Position numbers and translations under genes: made by a program. A DNA stretch of 64,000 nt, from the NCBI GenBank assembly GCA_030648035.1, contig JAUSII010000035.1, positions 15,611 through 79,610 of the forward strand. Reading direction: 5' to 3'. This DNA comes from Deltaproteobacteria bacterium. GTDB lineage: Bacteria; UBA10199; SPLOWO2-01-44-7. The notes under the pieces were generated by a model. The model saw only the letters and a list, made by a program, of their open reading frames with translations. It had not been told where the DNA came from and searched no databases. Shown in pieces: positions 8,538 to 17,162 of this stretch; the first letter of the stretch is position 1; each line of letters begins with the position of its first letter.

Positions 8538-9784
8538 TTTATCGCCAGAATGGGTTTCATACTTGGAGTTTTGTCTTCCAATGTTTCAGGAGTTAACACA
8601 GGAAATACACGTTCCGCTACATTCAAAAATTCAATAATGGGGGAAGCCAGCAGGGCCACCAGCTCCGGGTAATGATTGATCCAGACGCTGAAAGCTCCCA
8701 TGGGTCGAAAAGGGATGTCGCCTTGCCCGTCGCGATTCAAATCATAGCCCTTGTAGTCGCTCCAATAATTAAATTCAAAGATGTTTAATGGACTTTTAGC
8801 GTTGGTGGAAACATCAAAGTAGTTCGATACGAAATTATTTTTGGTAAAACGATTGGTTTCGGAGTTTCCCAAAATATTGATGGCCCACCCGTTGGCGACA
8901 AAATCATTTCCACTGAAGGTGATGCGGCTGATTTCATCGGCAAAAAGGCCAACGGTGTTTCCGTAGAATGTATTGTCCTTCACGATGCTGTCGCTAATGT
9001 CTTTTAACAAAAGACCATAGGAAGTTCTCCCCCAGCTTTTTTCAAAACGGTTGCCGATCATCTCCACTCCGCGGGAATACATGACGGCAACGCCGGTCTG
9101 ATTTTTGCTGAAGGTGTTGTTTAAATAGCGGTTGCGATGGGAATACATGAAGTGGAGCCCATAGCGGATGTTAAGGCGGCTTATGTTGGATTCAATCAGG
9201 GAATCTCCACTGAATTCTATATAAATGCCATCCCGGTGGTTTTCAAAAAGATTGTTCCTGATGGTGATATTTTTTGAAGACCATAGATGAACGCCGTTAC
9301 CGCCGGAAACCTCACTTAAGGCATTGCCGTGGGCTTTGTTCCCCTCAACCCGGCAGGTATCCACCTTTGCCAGATAGATGGAATAGGTGTTGTTTTCAAA
9401 CCGGTTATTTTGAAGGGTGCAATTTTTGGCTTCTTCCGCACGAATGCCGGCGAATTCAGCAATATAACTTGCGCCACTGTTTTGAATGACAAAGCCTTCT
9501 ATCGTTACAGTGTCAGCGCGTATCCAGAAAACATTTCCTTCCTTGAGGCCATCGACAATGGGGATGCCGATGCCAACCAGATGCAGGGGTTTGCGAATGA
9601 CCACGGTCCCCTCCCGATATTCGCCTGTATGCACCCGAAGAGTATCGCCCTCTTTGGCCTGTTCAACAGCCTGACGGATAGAGCGAATGGGACAGGCAGG
9701 ACAAACCTCCAATATCGCAGCACTGCCGGGTAGGGTTAAAAATAAAAACCCGAAGAGCGTCATGAAAGACAAAAATAGTTTCAT
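8534..9784 (-). CDS. nosD: NosD, periplasmic parallel beta-helix copper-insertion accessory protein
   Basis: Signal peptide and repeated beta-helix turns (NNRFENNTYSIYL, GNKAHGN, IRNNLFENHRDGIY, NNTFSKNQTGVAV, DNTFYGNTVGLF). ATG 9784 overlaps the nosL stop (ATGA). Confidence 0.8.
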   Translation of the reverse strand: MKLFLSFMTLFGFLFLTLPGSAAILEVCPACPIRSIRQAVEQAKEGDTLRVHTGEYREGTVVIRKPLHLVGIGIPIVDGLKEGNVFWIRADTVTIEGFVIQNSGASYIAEFAGIRAEEAKNCTLQNNRFENNTYSIYLAKVDTCRVEGNKAHGNALSEVSGGNGVHLWSSKNITIRNNLFENHRDGIYIEFSGDSLIESNISRLNIRYGLHFMYSHRNRYLNNTFSKNQTGVAVMYSRGVEMIGNRFEKSWGRTSYGLLLKDISDSIVKDNTFYGNTVGLFADEISRITFSGNDFVANGWAINILGNSETNRFTKNNFVSNYFDVSTNAKSPLNIFEFNYWSDYKGYDLNRDGQGDIPFRPMGAFSVWINHYPELVALLASPIIEFLNVAERVFPVLTPETLEDKTPSMKPILAIK

Positions 9785-10206
9785 GGATTGTTTGGATGTA
9801 TCCATTCGCCGCCCGATCCCTTTTGGGCTTGCGTAAAATCTTCCATGCTGGAGTAGGCGGAAAGATATCCACCCATGGGAGAGGGGATGTTTTTACTTTT
9901 GAGAATAAACGCCTTTTCCAACCGGATCCATTTTTCGGGATGCAAAAAATCAGTCACCCAGCGGCTCTGAATCTCTTTCGAATGCTGAACAGCCCATTCA
10001 AACAGACATTCGATGGAATCAAAGAAATGGGGTTTTCCCTTGAGAGAAAGAATCTGTGTTTTGAAACGCATCTCTACAATCCCCATCTTGCAATGTTCAC
10101 AGAGGTGTTCGTTTGCCCGGATGTCGACCGGTTGTGAGCGGCCGCAGGCGGTAAACAGAAAGACCATCAAGAACAAGAGGATCGATTTTTTTAAAATGAG
10201 TTTCAC
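9781..10206 (-). CDS. nosL: NosL copper-chaperone lipoprotein
   Basis: Lipobox LFTAC, CEHCKM metal motif and SPMGG motif. The GTG start overlaps the nosB stop (GTGA). Confidence 0.7.
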   Translation of the reverse strand: MKLILKKSILLFLMVFLFTACGRSQPVDIRANEHLCEHCKMGIVEMRFKTQILSLKGKPHFFDSIECLFEWAVQHSKEIQSRWVTDFLHPEKWIRLEKAFILKSKNIPSPMGGYLSAYSSMEDFTQAQKGSGGEWIHPNNP

Positions 10207-10790
10207 GCCCTCTTTTTAAATCTTTCTGAATAAAGAATGTAGGATAAAATTATCCCGATGAGTAGAAGCGAAATTCCTCCGATATGGGGCCAACTGCAAG
10301 ATTCGATATTGAGGATCTGTTTGCATCCGAGGATGGGCGGCTGGTAGGCCATTCCTGGAATCGAGATGGGGGCTTCCGGGTTGAGATTGTGACCGTAGTT
10401 GTATTCCCATCTCCAAAAATCATAAAAACCGGCGGTGCCGACCAGGGCCAGATTAATCAATCCTGCCCAGACCAGAAAACGGCGCGGCCACAAAAAAGTC
10501 ACGAGAGCCCCTGCAATCATATAACCCAGGAGATAGGGCATGAACTGCAGTTCGGGTATCGATTCCTCCACAATCGGGGCCATGCCGATGTAGTGGTTCA
10601 GAATGTTGATGTTCTTGAGATCGAATTGCGCATGTCCGGTAATTTTGTTGACCCAGATATGCATTCCCATCCCCTCCGGATATTGCGGAGCGACGAGGCG
10701 AATAGACCAGAGCGGAGTAAAACAGGCCGCGATCAGTAATAGACCGACCAAAAGGACAAGAAACCGGTTTGGGGTCGAAAGTTTTTTCAC
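10203..10790 (-). CDS. nosB: NosB-like integral membrane protein (the gene found directly downstream of clade II nosZ)
   Basis: Several hydrophobic helices (FLVLLVGLLLIAACF, YLLGYMIAGALVTFLW, LINLALVGTAGFY, ISLLLIGIILSYILY). A GTG at 10790 overlaps the nosZ stop codon (10790-10792) by 1 nt; the track ATG at 10853 would overlap nosZ by 64 nt. Confidence 0.5.
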   Translation of the reverse strand: MKKLSTPNRFLVLLVGLLLIAACFTPLWSIRLVAPQYPEGMGMHIWVNKITGHAQFDLKNINILNHYIGMAPIVEESIPELQFMPYLLGYMIAGALVTFLWPRRFLVWAGLINLALVGTAGFYDFWRWEYNYGHNLNPEAPISIPGMAYQPPILGCKQILNIESCSWPHIGGISLLLIGIILSYILYSERFKKRA

Positions 10791-12697
10791 TATGGAGTCA
10801 CGCGCAAATATTGTTGCATCTCCTGATGCAAGGCCGAACAAAAATCGGTGCAATAAAAGGGGAAAATGCCCACTTTTTTTGCATCAAACCGGAGTGTCTT
10901 GGTTTGTCCCGGCATGAGAAGAATATTGGGTGTGTTGGCCCCCTGAACGGCAAAACCGTGATCGATATCGTAATCCTGTTCGAGATTGGTGATGTGAAAA
11001 AAGACAGTGTCGCCTACTTTTGCTTCCACCACATCGGGTTTGAAGTGCGAACGGATGGAGGTCATGTAGACATCGACCACATTTCCGTTACGAACCACTT
11101 TGGCATCATCCTCTTTTTTGGTGGCGAAAACATTTTGATTCTCTTCCAGAGAATAAATTTTCTGTGCCTTCTCAGCCAGCAAGCTGGCTGGAACGCCTTG
11201 TGCATAGTGCGGTTCTCCAACCATCGGAAAATCGAGAAGCATCTTCATTTTGGAGCCGCTGATGTCGTACAATTGGGCGCTTTGGCTGACTGCGGGACCG
11301 ACAGGAAGATAGCGATCCTTCGTGATTTTATTCAGAGAGAGCATGTATTTCGGAAAGGGTTTGGCTGAATCACCGCCGGCAATACTCAAATGGCCAATGC
11401 TGTAATAGGCTGGAACGCGATCAACCACTTCCCAGCTTCCCAGTTTCCATTTGATGATTTCTGAGCTGATGAAACACGAGGTGTAGGCATAACCTTTGCC
11501 GTCAAATTCGGTATGCAATGGTCCCAGGCACGGTTTTTGGACTTCACCGGCTAGAGTCGATTCATATTTTAATACCGGTATTCCGTCGATTTCTTTGATG
11601 ACATTGGTTTTATCCTCAATGGCTTTAAGCATTTTTTTAAAAGAGTGGACTGGAATAACAGTGGCCAGCTTGCCGCCGCCCACGATGTATTCGCCAGTCG
11701 GGTCGACATCGGAGCCGTGCGGGCTTTTGGGTGTGGGTAAATAATAGAGAACGCCGGAACAATCTTTGGGATCCAGCATTTTTACACCGCTTCTTTTTTC
11801 GGAGACGGTCGCATTATTTTCCGGATTGAAGTTGTTGTAGTAGGTGCCAGAAAAATCTTTGGCCTTGCCCTGGTCGATGCACTGCTTGGCCCGCACCCAG
11901 TTGAAGGCGGCAATGTAATCTTTGTCGTTCTTGGAGGCTTCAATCTCGAGCATTTTATAAGCCTGTTCGGTATTGTAGGTGCTGAAAAAACACCAGTCGT
12001 GCGACGGCCCTTTGCCGCAATGGGCGATGTCGTAATCAAAGCCAGGAACTATAATCTGTCCGTCAATGGACAAACGACCTGTTTGGGGATCGACTTTAAC
12101 CAATGTGATCGTTCCCTTGAAGGCCCCTTTTTCGGCATCCGCAACGGGAATGTCTCTTTGTGGAATGGGGACAGAAAAACGGGTGGTCGCCATCAGATAT
12201 TCGGTATTTTCAGTCAAAAAGGGAGAGGCATGATTGCCGGCGCTGTTGGGGATCTCGATAATTTCAGCCGTCTCGAATGTTTTGAGATCGAGGCGCGCAA
12301 TGCGCGGCGTGTTATTGCCGTTTATGAAAAGCCATCGACCATCTTGTACCCCTTTGGTGAGAGAGACTTCCGGGTGGTGGGCATCGTCCCACGGGACAAA
12401 ACCGTGGGAGGTCATCAGCATGTTTTTGGATTCTTCATCATACCCATAGCCGCTTTCCGGAAACTGTGAAAACACGGGGATGATTTTAAGCAACCGGGCC
12501 GAGGGGATTCCATAAACAGAAACTTGTCCGCTGTAGCCGCCTGACATAAACCAGTAGAATTCGTCTTTTTCGCCGGGTGCCACATAAACTCTTTGTGCGG
12601 CATCGCCCGCCAGAACATTTACAGCCTTGTTTCCCTTGCCGCAGGCAAGGCCTGTGGCTAAAGGCAAAATCAACAAAAAACCAAAAATGTTTTTCAT
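10790..12697 (-). CDS. nosZ: Nitrous-oxide reductase NosZ, Sec-type (clade II)
   Basis: 635 aa. The N-terminal signal has no twin-arginine (MKNIFGFLLILPLATGLACG). C-terminal CuA motif CTDFCSALHQEM follows DIDHGFAVQG. Followed by nosB-L-D-F-Y. Confidence 0.9.
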   Translation of the reverse strand: MKNIFGFLLILPLATGLACGKGNKAVNVLAGDAAQRVYVAPGEKDEFYWFMSGGYSGQVSVYGIPSARLLKIIPVFSQFPESGYGYDEESKNMLMTSHGFVPWDDAHHPEVSLTKGVQDGRWLFINGNNTPRIARLDLKTFETAEIIEIPNSAGNHASPFLTENTEYLMATTRFSVPIPQRDIPVADAEKGAFKGTITLVKVDPQTGRLSIDGQIIVPGFDYDIAHCGKGPSHDWCFFSTYNTEQAYKMLEIEASKNDKDYIAAFNWVRAKQCIDQGKAKDFSGTYYNNFNPENNATVSEKRSGVKMLDPKDCSGVLYYLPTPKSPHGSDVDPTGEYIVGGGKLATVIPVHSFKKMLKAIEDKTNVIKEIDGIPVLKYESTLAGEVQKPCLGPLHTEFDGKGYAYTSCFISSEIIKWKLGSWEVVDRVPAYYSIGHLSIAGGDSAKPFPKYMLSLNKITKDRYLPVGPAVSQSAQLYDISGSKMKMLLDFPMVGEPHYAQGVPASLLAEKAQKIYSLEENQNVFATKKEDDAKVVRNGNVVDVYMTSIRSHFKPDVVEAKVGDTVFFHITNLEQDYDIDHGFAVQGANTPNILLMPGQTKTLRFDAKKVGIFPFYCTDFCSALHQEMQQYLRVTP

Positions 12698-12712
12698 GGG
12701 CTCTCCTTAAAT

Positions 12713-13150
12713 TTATTTTGCGCCGTCGTTCTGCCGGAAATATTCCAGAATAGAACGGGCCTCTTCTTGCGTTACATTTTGAAAGGTCATTTGCGTAAAA
12801 TGAGTGGCCAACAGCTCTCTGGCGACAGGGTCTTTCTCTGTCATCTCCTGCGGGTTCAGGATCATGTTCATGATCCACTCCGGGGTGCGTCTTTGTGTGA
12901 CTCCTTTGATGGCGGGCCCCACGTATTTTTCACTCAATTTATGGCAGGCACTGCATTTGTTTTGAAATAGTTGCTGGCCTTTGGCCGCCAATGTCACATC
13001 CATTGGTCCGACGGTCATACTTTGAACCGGGCCGACCCCTTTGTTGCTCGCCGCTTCAGGCGCCGCCTCTTTTTTGCCACTGCAAGCGGTAAAGTTTAAA
13101 GCAACAAGAGCTAAAACTAAAATAGAAAAAGAACGAGTGGGTTTAAGCAT
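12713..13150 (-). CDS. Monoheme c-type cytochrome lipoprotein, likely electron donor to NosZ
   Basis: Lipobox NFTAC, a single CSACH, and distal Met candidates (MNMILNPQEM). AAGGAGA SD before ATG 13150. Sits 15 nt upstream of nosZ. Confidence 0.7.
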   Translation of the reverse strand: MLKPTRSFSILVLALVALNFTACSGKKEAAPEAASNKGVGPVQSMTVGPMDVTLAAKGQQLFQNKCSACHKLSEKYVGPAIKGVTQRRTPEWIMNMILNPQEMTEKDPVARELLATHFTQMTFQNVTQEEARSILEYFRQNDGAK

Positions 13151-13204
13151 GGTGTTTCTCCTTTTGTGGTCTGCGAATAAGATGAATTTTAACAAGGAGC
13201 AACA

Positions 13205-13216
13205 TGATCTACATCA
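13205..13216. promoter_or_regulatory. FNR/Dnr/NnrR-type palindrome TGATctacATCA
   Basis: Exact palindromic arms with a...t flanks, centred in the 119-nt divergent gap. It lies about 54 nt from both the cyt c/nosZ operon start (13150) and the nnrS start (13270). Confidence 0.6.
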
Positions 13217-13269
13217 TATTGAAGAGCTTGGAAATGATATTTAAACAGGGAAAGCTTCTGGAGAAATAT

Positions 13270-14430
13270 ATGACTACCGCCAATCGTCAGAGTGATCCAT
13301 ATCAGTGGTTTTTTCCCTTGGGAATTTTTTTTGGTTTGGCAGGGGTCGTGTTGTGGGTGCTATTTGGATTCAAGGTTTTGCCGATGTATCCAACACTTCC
13401 CCATGCCGAAATCATGACAGGCGGTTTTTTGACGGCGATCGTTACCGGTTTTTTAATGACAGCCGTTCCCCGTTTTACCGGAACGCGTTCGGCCGGTCCG
13501 ATCGAAAAATGGACTCTTTTGGTCGTATTTTTGCTGATGTTTGTTACGGCTTTTCGTCCGGATCGTATCTGGTTTCATCTCGGAGGTTTTCTGGCTTTTT
13601 GTCTTTTGATCCGTTTCGGAATTTCCAGACTTCGTGTTTCGGTTTTTAAGCCAGGCCCCCCTTTCGTGCTGGTCGCTTTTGGTATTTTTTCAGGCGTTTG
13701 TTCCTTTGGCCTTTTGTTAGCCAAGGATTTTTATCCCCTGCCTTCGACTTTTGTTTATTTAGCCAGAATGCTTTTGTATTATGGCCTCTTTTTCTTTCCA
13801 GCGTTGGGTGTGGGAACACAGCTCATCCCATCCATTCTAGGGGTGGCGGTTCCCGTTGCAAAACCGATCGGAGCGACGCCGTTTCATCAACCTATCGGTC
13901 GCATGAAGGTCTATTTTTTATTTTTAGTTTATGGCGCGGGGTTATTTTTCTCCTTTGTTCTGGAGGCGCTCGGATTTTTTTTCACCGCACGTTTATTAAG
14001 GGCCGTTCTTGTCAGTGCCATTTTATTCATTCATTGGCATTTGCATCGCAGACCGAAGCCGATTGTGTTGTTAACGGCTGCTCTTTGGCTGAGTGGGTGG
14101 ATGATGTTTGTTGGAGTCTGGGTGGTGGCTTTGTGGCGCGGATTTGCTGTGCATGGAGCGCACATTCTTTTTATTGGCAGTCTCTCTGTTATGATTTTTT
14201 CAGTGATGACCCGCGTTGTTATTTCCCATGGGGGACATAACCCTCAAGTGGAACGAAATTCCAAAGCATTACTGGCGATGCTGATTTTTTTTATGGTTGC
14301 CCTTGTGACCCGTGTGAGTGCGCCGCTGGTTCCAAACTATTATTTTCATTTGGCTTATGCCGCCTTTTTTTGGATTGCGGGAGTGGTTTGCTGGATGATA
14401 ATATTTTTTCCGAAAATAATCCGAAAATAA
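13270..14430 (+). CDS. nnrS: NnrS-family membrane protein (NO-stress-associated heme-copper protein)
   Basis: About 386-aa polytopic protein with HAEIMTGGFLTAIVTGFLMTAVPRFTG, matching the NnrS signature (H-x-H/E-M...GFLLTA-P-W/F-TG). Located beside nos genes. Confidence 0.7.
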   Translation: MTTANRQSDPYQWFFPLGIFFGLAGVVLWVLFGFKVLPMYPTLPHAEIMTGGFLTAIVTGFLMTAVPRFTGTRSAGPIEKWTLLVVFLLMFVTAFRPDRIWFHLGGFLAFCLLIRFGISRLRVSVFKPGPPFVLVAFGIFSGVCSFGLLLAKDFYPLPSTFVYLARMLLYYGLFFFPALGVGTQLIPSILGVAVPVAKPIGATPFHQPIGRMKVYFLFLVYGAGLFFSFVLEALGFFFTARLLRAVLVSAILFIHWHLHRRPKPIVLLTAALWLSGWMMFVGVWVVALWRGFAVHGAHILFIGSLSVMIFSVMTRVVISHGGHNPQVERNSKALLAMLIFFMVALVTRVSAPLVPNYYFHLAYAAFFWIAGVVCWMIIFFPKIIRK

Positions 14431-14432
14431 TA

Positions 14433-14444
14433 TGATTTGCATCA
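14433..14444. promoter_or_regulatory. FNR/Crp-type palindrome TGATttgcATCA
   Basis: Exact motif 26 nt upstream of the fnr/crp-1 ATG. The position suggests autoregulation. Confidence 0.5.
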
Positions 14445-14470
14445 GTCGGTTTGCTCCTTTATAAGGCGGC

Positions 14471-15181
14471 ATGGTTAAAGCACCCCCCGTTCATTGTCAG
14501 ACCTGTCAGAGTCGCGGAGAGGGTATTTTCTGCGATTTAAGCGCGGAACATCTCAAAGAGCTTGATGCGGCAAAGACGACAAACCATTACAAGCCGCATC
14601 AGGTTATTTTTCATGAGGGGAATCAACCTCAGGGGCTGCATTGTGTTTCCTCCGGAAAGATAAAAATCTACAAGATGGATGCACAGGGGCACCAACAGAT
14701 TGTCCGTCTGGCGGGGCCGGGTGACGTGATGGGGTATCGTTGCCTGCTCACGAATGAAGGTTATTCCGCTACGGCGGAAACATTGGAAGAGGCGACAATC
14801 TGCTTTATAAATAAAGAGACTTTTTTGCATATCATCGAAACACATCCTGTAACCGCTTTTCATATCCTTTCCTCTCTGGCCAAAGATCTGGGGCGCGCTG
14901 AAAATCAGACCATGAACATGGTTCATAAAAATATCAGGGAGAGGTTGGCGGAGTTATTTCTCGTTTTCCACAAAAAATATGGAAAAAAGACAAGTCAGGG
15001 GATTGAATTGGACATCCTTCTTTCTCGCGAAGAGATGGCAGAGCTCATCGGCACCACTCAGGAATCGGTTATTCGTCTGATCAGCGAATTTAAACAGGAC
15101 GGCCTGATTGCGGTGGATGGCCGGCATATCACCCTTTTGAATATCAAAAAAATAATGGACCTCGCCAACCTTCCCGATTAA
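14471..15181 (+). CDS. Crp/Fnr-family transcription regulator, paralog 1
   Basis: cNMP-binding-type beta-roll and C-terminal HTH (REEMAELIGTTQESVIRLISEF). N-terminal Cys cluster C9-x2-C12-x8-C21 plus conserved internal Cys (GYRCLL), as in Fe-S-sensing FNR proteins. Confidence 0.8.
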   Translation: MVKAPPVHCQTCQSRGEGIFCDLSAEHLKELDAAKTTNHYKPHQVIFHEGNQPQGLHCVSSGKIKIYKMDAQGHQQIVRLAGPGDVMGYRCLLTNEGYSATAETLEEATICFINKETFLHIIETHPVTAFHILSSLAKDLGRAENQTMNMVHKNIRERLAELFLVFHKKYGKKTSQGIELDILLSREEMAELIGTTQESVIRLISEFKQDGLIAVDGRHITLLNIKKIMDLANLPD

Positions 15182-16467
15182 GGCCGCAATTCGTAAATCA
15201 TCCACTCTGAAAAACTTGTCGGTCCGGCATGCTTGGGCTGGTCTCCATCCCAGAGTTCAAACGAAACGTAGCCCACATCTGTAAGGGGGGCTTTGTTGTC
15301 ATTCGAAGGAGCGCGGGATCGTTTCAAAATAACGTGCCATTCCCCCTGGTCATAAACGCCATTGGCCAAAACACCGTTGTCTTTCCATTGCCAGAGGTCG
15401 ATCTTTTGGGAAGAGCTTCCAATTCCCAAATAGGGGAGATCTGCGGGGTTCGAAATTTTGTCCATCGGAAGTTGAATGGCCACCCCGTCATTTTGATTGG
15501 AATCTCTGTCGGCTTTGTCGTCTGCCCATCGGAGATAAAAAGCGACCTCTTCCTCTGTATGAAGCGCCTGCACTGTTATCCACTCTGTATTGCCCGGCTC
15601 ATGCCAAAGCGGCTTTAAAAAGACGGGAATTTTGGGAGACTTGGCCCAGGCTTCTTCCTTATAGTTCATGGGAATTTTGCCGTTTATCTTGTTGATGATG
15701 AGCAGGTTTCTTTTCGGATTGGAAGGATCGTAGTCCTTGGGAAACGGTTTTTGTATCGACTGGATGTAGTGGACCAGCGACCACAACTCTTTTTTGGTGA
15801 AAGTCTGTTCATAGCTGGGCATCGGCGTTCCGGGAACGCCAATCATCAGTGTGCGATAGATATCTCTGGGAAGATTGCCCCATTTGAGTGGTCCTTCTGT
15901 CAGATCGCGTGGTGCAATGCGGTCGCCCCAGACATCTTTTAAAACAATGGCTCCGGGACCATCCCCTTTTCCTCCCGGACCATGGCAGGCAATACAGCCC
16001 CTCTTCTCATACAATTGTCTTCCTTCTTGTATCGATTCGGGTGTTGTCTTGGTCTCTTCTGGAATATCGATCGGTGCCCCCTGTTTTTCGCTCGAGAGCT
16101 TGGGGGAAAGGGTTTTGAAATAGGTCAAAATGGAATACCAATCGTTTGTTTTGAGCACATCCCAGCCCGGCATGGAGGAGCCGGGGATTCCCATTTTCAT
16201 GGTTTGCAAAAGATCGAGGTCAGTGGGTATCAGTCCGCGATGGGTCCGGTATTTGAAAATGCCGATGGTGAAATCTCTCGGCTTCGGCCAGAGCAAACTG
16301 GCGGCGGGTCCTTTTCCATCCCCCTGATTGCCGTGGCAGGAGGCGCAGTGGACTGTATACAGTGCTTTGCCGCGTTGCATGGAAACTTCGCTGCTGGAAT
16401 CGCGGCACGATTTTTGGCAAGAGGTTGTGAGTAGAAGCAGAGCGACCAGCAAAAGATTTTTTTTCAT
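15178..16467 (-). CDS. Diheme cytochrome c fused to an EB_dh/DOMON-like (ethylbenzene-dehydrogenase gamma-type) heme-binding domain
   Basis: Signal/lipoprotein-like N-terminus and two class-I-type sites (HCASCHGNQGDGKGP, GCIACHGPGGKGDGPG). The C-terminal part reads ITVQALHTEEEVAFYLRWADDKADRD...DGVAIQLP...IDLWQWK, typical of EB_dh-like domains. Confidence 0.55.
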   Translation of the reverse strand: MKKNLLLVALLLLTTSCQKSCRDSSSEVSMQRGKALYTVHCASCHGNQGDGKGPAASLLWPKPRDFTIGIFKYRTHRGLIPTDLDLLQTMKMGIPGSSMPGWDVLKTNDWYSILTYFKTLSPKLSSEKQGAPIDIPEETKTTPESIQEGRQLYEKRGCIACHGPGGKGDGPGAIVLKDVWGDRIAPRDLTEGPLKWGNLPRDIYRTLMIGVPGTPMPSYEQTFTKKELWSLVHYIQSIQKPFPKDYDPSNPKRNLLIINKINGKIPMNYKEEAWAKSPKIPVFLKPLWHEPGNTEWITVQALHTEEEVAFYLRWADDKADRDSNQNDGVAIQLPMDKISNPADLPYLGIGSSSQKIDLWQWKDNGVLANGVYDQGEWHVILKRSRAPSNDNKAPLTDVGYVSFELWDGDQPKHAGPTSFSEWMIYELRP

Positions 16468-16484
16468 CCATCCCCCGTTTATTT

Positions 16485-17162
16485 TTATTTCAGCTCATGA
16501 GGCTTGTGGCAACTGATGCACTCCGTATCTTTTGGAATAGGCGGGTGCAATTTTTCTGTCTGAATTCTGTCGTGGCAGGTTTTACAAGAAGCCGTTGTTG
16601 GTTTCAAGTCTTCTCCCTTCGCCAGAAAGTTGTGGCATTGCAGACAGTGGATAAAAGACATTTTGCTGTTCCCTTCCATTTTATCTGGATGACATCCGGC
16701 GCAACTGTCGACCGGGCGAACGAACTCGTGAAGCCCTTTCATGTGACATTCCAGGCAATCGATGCCAGCTTTTTCAAAATGGACTTTGTGTCCGGCGGTG
16801 TTTCCGACCAGTTTCCACTGTGTGTCCTGGCTCAGGTGGCATTGTGCGCAGACTTTTTGATCGAGATTGGGATGGTGCACGACAGACTTTGGTTGTTCGG
16901 TGATATACATCCAGACTTGGTGAAGACTCTGCCATTTGGTCTGTTTGTGGCATTCATGACAGCTCACCATGTGATGGGGGCTCTCCTGCCATTTTTTGAA
17001 GGGTTCATCCATGGTATGACACGATTGGCAAAAACGGGGATCATGTTCCATGTAATCGTAGCCTTTATAGGCACCCACGGCGAAGAGGGCTACAAGGACA
17101 ATAACCGCGATCAATATTATTTTAAGTTTTTTGGAAATCTTTCTGATTTCAGTTCGCATCAT
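16485..17162 (-). CDS. Membrane-anchored octaheme c-type cytochrome (NapC/NirT/NrfH-like candidate quinol dehydrogenase)
   Basis: One N-terminal TM helix (IILIAVIVLVALFAVGAY) and eight CxxCH motifs (CQSCH, CHECH, CAQCH, CLECH, CAGCH, CLQCH, CKTCH, CISCH). ATG 17162 avoids a 56-nt overlap with hemY. Confidence 0.7.
   Translation of the reverse strand: MMRTEIRKISKKLKIILIAVIVLVALFAVGAYKGYDYMEHDPRFCQSCHTMDEPFKKWQESPHHMVSCHECHKQTKWQSLHQVWMYITEQPKSVVHHPNLDQKVCAQCHLSQDTQWKLVGNTAGHKVHFEKAGIDCLECHMKGLHEFVRPVDSCAGCHPDKMEGNSKMSFIHCLQCHNFLAKGEDLKPTTASCKTCHDRIQTEKLHPPIPKDTECISCHKPHELK

Noticed and set aside
10769-12469. Plus-strand ORFs of 199 aa and 156 aa inside nosZ
   Set aside because: They are antisense to an unmistakable NosZ (CuA motif, correct length) and carry no motifs.
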